In this document: positions 59,506 through 64,000 of the stretch, in pieces
Position numbering within the stretch: the stretch's first letter is position 1
Layout of the letters: every line of letters starts with the position of its first letter
Source: Leidyana gryllorum EB-2025a
Lineage: Eukaryota; Protista; Apicomplexa
DNA length: 64,000 bases
Direction: 5' to 3'
Assembly (NCBI GenBank): GCA_048772705.1
Contig: JBLWGC010000043.1
Coordinates: forward strand, 310,001 to 374,000
Notes under the pieces: model-generated
Seen by the model: the letters and a program-made list of their open reading frames with translations, nothing else
Database searches by the model: none
What the model was told of the DNA's origin: nothing
Program-made: the position numbers and the translations under genes

Positions 59506-60867
59506 ATGCGATCGATGATGCTACTTTGGATATCCTTATGTCTCGCACCGCTAACCTTCGCTGTGGTACCATATCCTGTAAGTTTGCATTTATCGATTGT
59601 GAAAATGCGTGACAGATTGCCGGATATGTCAATCATTATTCCCCTGAGGGAACTGAAGTCGACAAAGTGAGTGCTGTCGTATTATAATGTAGAGTTTCTC
59701 CCAGGAGTTACCTCCGCAAGCTTTCCCTCATGAAGGCCTGACAGAAGATGCAATTTCGGCCGCGATCCAGGAAGCTCTGGCTCAAGAAGAGGCAGAGCGA
59801 GAGGCCGAAGAGCGAGAGAGAGCAGCGGAGAATGAAAGAGCAGCAGCTTTGGCGGCAGCCGCCGAAGAAACTGGTGGTGGCGCTGGTGGGGGGGCTGGCG
59901 GAGAAGGCGAAGGCGCTGGCGCGATGGGGGGCCAGGAGGTCTCCGGACGGCCCACAGGAGCACAAATCACCTTCGGCGATCTGAGAAATGTCAGAGCAGG
60001 GGACTACGTTTCATTTGGCATTTCTGGTGCTGGAGTGATGGCGCAAGTCTTGGGTACAGCTGCCACGAAGCAGTTACAATTCTTGGATGGATTGGCAGTG
60101 CTGGCATTTGGGCTGGGATTGGTGAACTACAGGTGGGTGGTACCGAAAGCATACCATAGATCTTTGCAGTGCCCCTGAACTGATACGCGGTCTTCACGCG
60201 GCTTACACCTTTTTCTGGTATATGTGGCTGTTAGTGGGGGCCTCCTTCTCCTTCCTTTTCATTTGGCCGGATCGGGCAATCCTCCCTTCTTGGGCACTGC
60301 TCCCTTTCCTGGTTCCGATTGCCGCTGTCCCAGCATATAGAGCATTCAGCCACAAACAGCCGCGTGCAGTCTTCCTGATTATAGCCCTTACTTATCTCAC
60401 GGGGTGCCTATTACCTATCCTTCCCCTATACAGAAGCAAGTTTGCGTCGGTGCTTGCCCCACCTAAGCTCATTCTCGTTACCACATGTTTGGGGTTCGCA
60501 TTCTGTACCACCACAGTGAGTGTCAAACGTTGGTGGTCTAGTTCAAAGTTCTATTAGCTGAAAACACCGCAAAGAGGATGGCTTGCAGGCTTCATATGCA
60601 CCCTTGGCTTCTTCGGGTCCTTGGCATCTTTCGTTTCCATCTTTCAATGCTGGTACCCCGTATACTTGTTATCACCTGTATATGCAAAGTAAGTCTCCCA
60701 GCAGATCGCGATCACATAAGCGTCGCAGGTTAGCCAATGACCCTCCGTTGATGACACGGAATCTAGTCAACATCGGTGGCCTACTATTGTTGGGCGGCAG
60801 CACAGCCATGCAGATCTTCCGCGATAAGCAACGCAAACTAACAGATGAAGAGGTATCTCTGCTTTAG
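59506..60867 (+). CDS. Hypothetical multi-pass membrane protein with signal peptide and Glu/Ala/Gly-rich ectodomain
   Basis: MRSMMLLWISLCLAPLTFA signal; about seven hydrophobic segments across spliced exons; C-terminal EEVSLL dileucine-like motif. Confidence 0.62.
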
Positions 60868-62037
60868 GAGCCGGCGGCTGCCACCTTGCCATTAATTTCG
60901 TCTGTGATGCGGAAGTGCAGCATAGCCTGCGAGCACTCAAATCGACAGAATAAGTTACTTACGTCTTTTTCGTCCAAGAATCTCAACGCGGCCAAAGCTT
61001 GAATGGTCCGAGGCATAGCTTCTTCCTTTAACTTGTTCATCAAAGTCACTTCGGCGTCCGCGACCAGTGACAAAATGCTTTCCAGTTGGAAAGCTTTCGC
61101 ATCGGGAGTTCCGTCACTCTGATTACTGTACTTTGAAGAATCCAGCTGAGCCCAAGAAAGATGCGGGTGAACATTGCTCAACTCACCGCCATAATTGACC
61201 GGGTACCGAAATCCACACTGCCAAACGTTTCCGACTCAGCCGTAATGTTGACGTATAGTGTAGTCTTGATGCGATAGATTGCTGGTGTGGGATGTCGACC
61301 GCCCACATTTTCGTCTTACCATGTCGGGCGTGAGCCAACTGTGTGTGAATCATATGCGTGATCACGTGGGTGACGTCCCACGTCACCCTGCACCTCTTGT
61401 AACTCTCGCTCGCAAACTCCACGCCTTTTCGAACCATGGAGACTCAATTCCCCTCATACACTTACTTGACTGGAAGTGTACAGCAACACCGAAGCCAACC
61501 TGTTTGGGAAACTCCCAAGCGAAAACACTGGATACTCCATGGGGATACCTCCGAGTACAATACTTCTCAATCTCAATGTTAAGATAGTGCTCTAATTCCC
61601 GAATGGCCTTTGCTGCCGCTATCGAGCGCTTTTCGTCGGATTCGGTTTCTGCGCCATGGCGATCAAAGAATCGTATATCATCTATTCGCCAAGGGGATCT
61701 GTATGCCCCAGCCGACTTATTGAAATCGTTTCCCAGGAAGAATTTCTTTTCATGAGCGTCAAAGATCATGTAACTGGGCCTTTGTACCCGCTGCAGTATC
61801 AAATCAGCGCGGTCGTTGTTCATCGCACCTAATGCTGCCGTGAGGAGACAAAAGCGGTTGCCTACATAGCGTGAAGACATCTCGGGTGGTGTCCTGCGGA
61901 GGTAGTCGCCACAAGAGACTCAGCAGTCCCAACAACACTGGGTCCCCGTCTTCATCTCCAACGCCCAGCATACCCAAGCGGTTATGGATGTGAACGAATT
62001 CGGCAGCGGTGCGAGTTCGACTTTCGCCAACCCCCAT
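60864..62037 (-). CDS. Divergent F-actin capping protein beta subunit, multi-exon
   Basis: LLWRLPPQ, FLGNDFNKSAGAYRSPW, IRELE, YPHGVSSVFAWE, WDVTHV and HYTSTL match the CAPZB blocks LMRRLPPQ, YLLCDYNRDGDSYRSPW, GVSSVYLWD and WDSIHV. Confidence 0.8.
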
Positions 62038-62144
62038 ACAGCAGATTCGCAGCCCTTCTAATGCGGAAATTCACAATGCCGAAAGCATAACTTTCAATCA
62101 TAGCAAACAATGTTCAAGCTTAACTAATCTCGACTAAAAAATAC

Positions 62145-64000
62145 TCAACCACTGCAGGCGTGACAAATCTCGTCATCCGGATTATACTGATAACCAGGCT
62201 TCTTCCTTGGACAAGCGAAAGGCACTTCTGCTGAGTTCTCCTTGTTATCGCCAACTGCTGTGGTGGCGTGTGATGGAGGGGCTTCGGCGGGGACAGTGGG
62301 TCTATCCGTCACCTTAGCCTGCTGTACCGTAGCCTTGTCCACCGTGAATTTGATGGCGTCGACTGCTGCTTGCGTTCGCAAGTAGTACATTCCAGTCTTG
62401 AGACCTGCGCGCCATCCGTAGAAGTGCATGGAGGAAAGTTTAGCAAACGTGGGGTTCAGAACGTAAAGATTCAAAGATTGGCTTTGATCAATGAATGGAC
62501 CACGCGCGACCGCGAGATCAATCAGAGTCCGTTGCTTGATCTCCCACACAGTCTTGTAGATCTGCTTCATGTCATCACCAATCTCAACTATGTTCTGAAT
62601 ACTGCCATTATTAGCAATCAGTCGTTGCTTCATTGCCTCATCCCACAGTCCACGTTTGATCAGGTCACGGAGGAGATGTGGATTCACAACAAAGAACTCG
62701 CCGCTAAGAACCCTTCTCGCATAAATGTTTGATGTATAAGGCTCGAACGATTCGCAATTGCCCAGAATCTGAGAAGTACTGGCAGTGGGCATCGGCGCTA
62801 GCAAGAGACTATTCCTCATGCCGTGTTCCTTGATTTGTTCTCTCAACGTGGCCCAATCCCACATTCCACTGAGCGCAATAGGAGCGAACTCAGATGGTAA
62901 TGTGCCCTTTTCGAGTGCCTCATCGTACGAGCTGCCAGGATTCAGCCGTTCGTATTTCTGACGTCGTTCCTGATTCCACATGTCGAATTGGAGAATTCCT
63001 TCGCTTGCGGGACTTCCTTTGAACGTACTGTAGGGACCTTCCTCCTTCGCCAGCTCCATGCTCATCTCGCAAGCGGCAAAGTATATTGTCTCAAATATCT
63101 TCTTGTTCAGCTCCATTGCCTTCTCACTCTCATATGGGAGCCTCATCAACATCAAAGTATCAGCAAATCCTTGTACGCCCAAACCAATTGGACGGTTTCT
63201 CATGTTGGAACGATAGGTCTCGGGAACAGGATAGTGGTTCCGATCGATCACGCGGTTGAGATTTCGAGTCACTACTTTGGCGACTTGGTAGAGGCGGTCG
63301 TAATCAAATTCTATATTGTCTTGCTTATCCGCCAAGTCGTTTAAGCTCTCCTCGACCTTAACGAACTTCGGCAAAGCGATACTAGCTAAGTTGCATACTG
63401 CAATTTCGTCCGGGCTGGTGTACTCCACAATCTCGGTACACAGGTTGCTGCACTGTATTGTGCCCAAATTCTTCTGATTGGATTTCCGATTGGCGCTGTC
63501 TTTATATACCAGGAAAGGATTTCCGGTCTCTATCTGGCTCTGTAGTATAGCGAACCACAGCTGTTGTGCTTGTACAGTCCTCACTCCACGTCCTTCCCTC
63601 TCATATCTCGTGTAAAGCTCATTAAATTCTTCTCCGTGTGCTTCCGGAAGACCAGGACACAAGTGAGGACACATCAGCGTCCATTTGTCATTCGTCTGTA
63701 CCCTCTCCATGAATAAATCACAGACCCACAAAGCGTAGAATAGATCCCGGGCTCGCGTTTCTTCTTTGCCATGATTCTTTCTCATGTCCACGAACTCGAA
63801 GACGTCCGCATGCCAAGGCTCCAAGTAGATAGCGAAAGAGCCTTTGCGTTTCCCTCCTCCTTGATCAACATAGCGAGCGGTATCATTGAAGACCTTGAGC
63901 ATGGGTACGATACCATTGGAGCGGCCGTTGGTTCCAGCAATGTAAGTACCTGTAGCCCTGATCTTATGGATGGCGAGCCCAATCCCTCCTGCCGACTTGC
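62145..64000 (-). CDS. RRM1: Ribonucleotide reductase class Ia large subunit, 5' part off the window
   Basis: [48 protein letters not shown] and C-terminal CxxC (CHAC). Confidence 0.99.
   Translation of the reverse strand, partial: KSAGGIGLAIHKIRATGTYIAGTNGRSNGIVPMLKVFNDTARYVDQGGGKRKGSFAIYLEPWHADVFEFVDMRKNHGKEETRARDLFYALWVCDLFMERVQTNDKWTLMCPHLCPGLPEAHGEEFNELYTRYEREGRGVRTVQAQQLWFAILQSQIETGNPFLVYKDSANRKSNQKNLGTIQCSNLCTEIVEYTSPDEIAVCNLASIALPKFVKVEESLNDLADKQDNIEFDYDRLYQVAKVVTRNLNRVIDRNHYPVPETYRSNMRNRPIGLGVQGFADTLMLMRLPYESEKAMELNKKIFETIYFAACEMSMELAKEEGPYSTFKGSPASEGILQFDMWNQERRQKYERLNPGSSYDEALEKGTLPSEFAPIALSGMWDWATLREQIKEHGMRNSLLLAPMPTASTSQILGNCESFEPYTSNIYARRVLSGEFFVVNPHLLRDLIKRGLWDEAMKQRLIANNGSIQNIVEIGDDMKQIYKTVWEIKQRTLIDLAVARGPFIDQSQSLNLYVLNPTFAKLSSMHFYGWRAGLKTGMYYLRTQAAVDAIKFTVDKATVQQAKVTDRPTVPAEAPPSHATTAVGDNKENSAEVPFACPRKKPGYQYNPDDEICHACSG

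Noticed and set aside
62870-62980. Insertion in the RNR large subunit as an intein or intron
   Set aside because: Only about 30 aa, with no Cys/His-Asn intein ends or clear splice sites; most likely a surface-loop insertion.

Overview
Eukaryotic nuclear DNA, not prokaryotic. The genome is very gene-dense, with many short GT-AG spliceosomal introns (mostly about 30-60 nt) and intergenic gaps often under 50 bp. The EF1-alpha, Rab-GDI, SUB1-type subtilisin, Shewanella-like phosphatase and tandem PPi-PFK-like sequences point to an apicomplexan, most likely a gregarine (inference). About 30 protein-coding genes were reconstructed by hand. Housekeeping genes: ThrRS, NSUN2/Trm4, TMEM43, EF1A, CCCH ZnF, NIPA, histidine phosphatase, RING, GDI, CAF40, TFIIB/Brf-like, RRM, Sec20, SHLP, GAF-PDE, capping protein beta and RNR large subunit. 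The most notable region is 28.3-49.7 kb. It holds three tandem secreted proteins sharing an unrecognised ~120-aa Pro/Trp-rich domain (..P-x-x-G-x-x-[ND]-P .. [IV]PGV .. P-[WH]-[LR]-G-x-[LF]-N-P-x-L-x-Y) and carrying RxL motifs, followed by three subtilisin paralogues. This is a candidate secreted-substrate plus maturase locus. Two apparent pseudoenzymes (Sey1/RHD3-like GTPase and PFK) and a few structured or repeated non-coding elements were also seen. No tRNA, rRNA, CRISPR array or mobile element was recognised. All exon boundaries are manual predictions and no database search was run.
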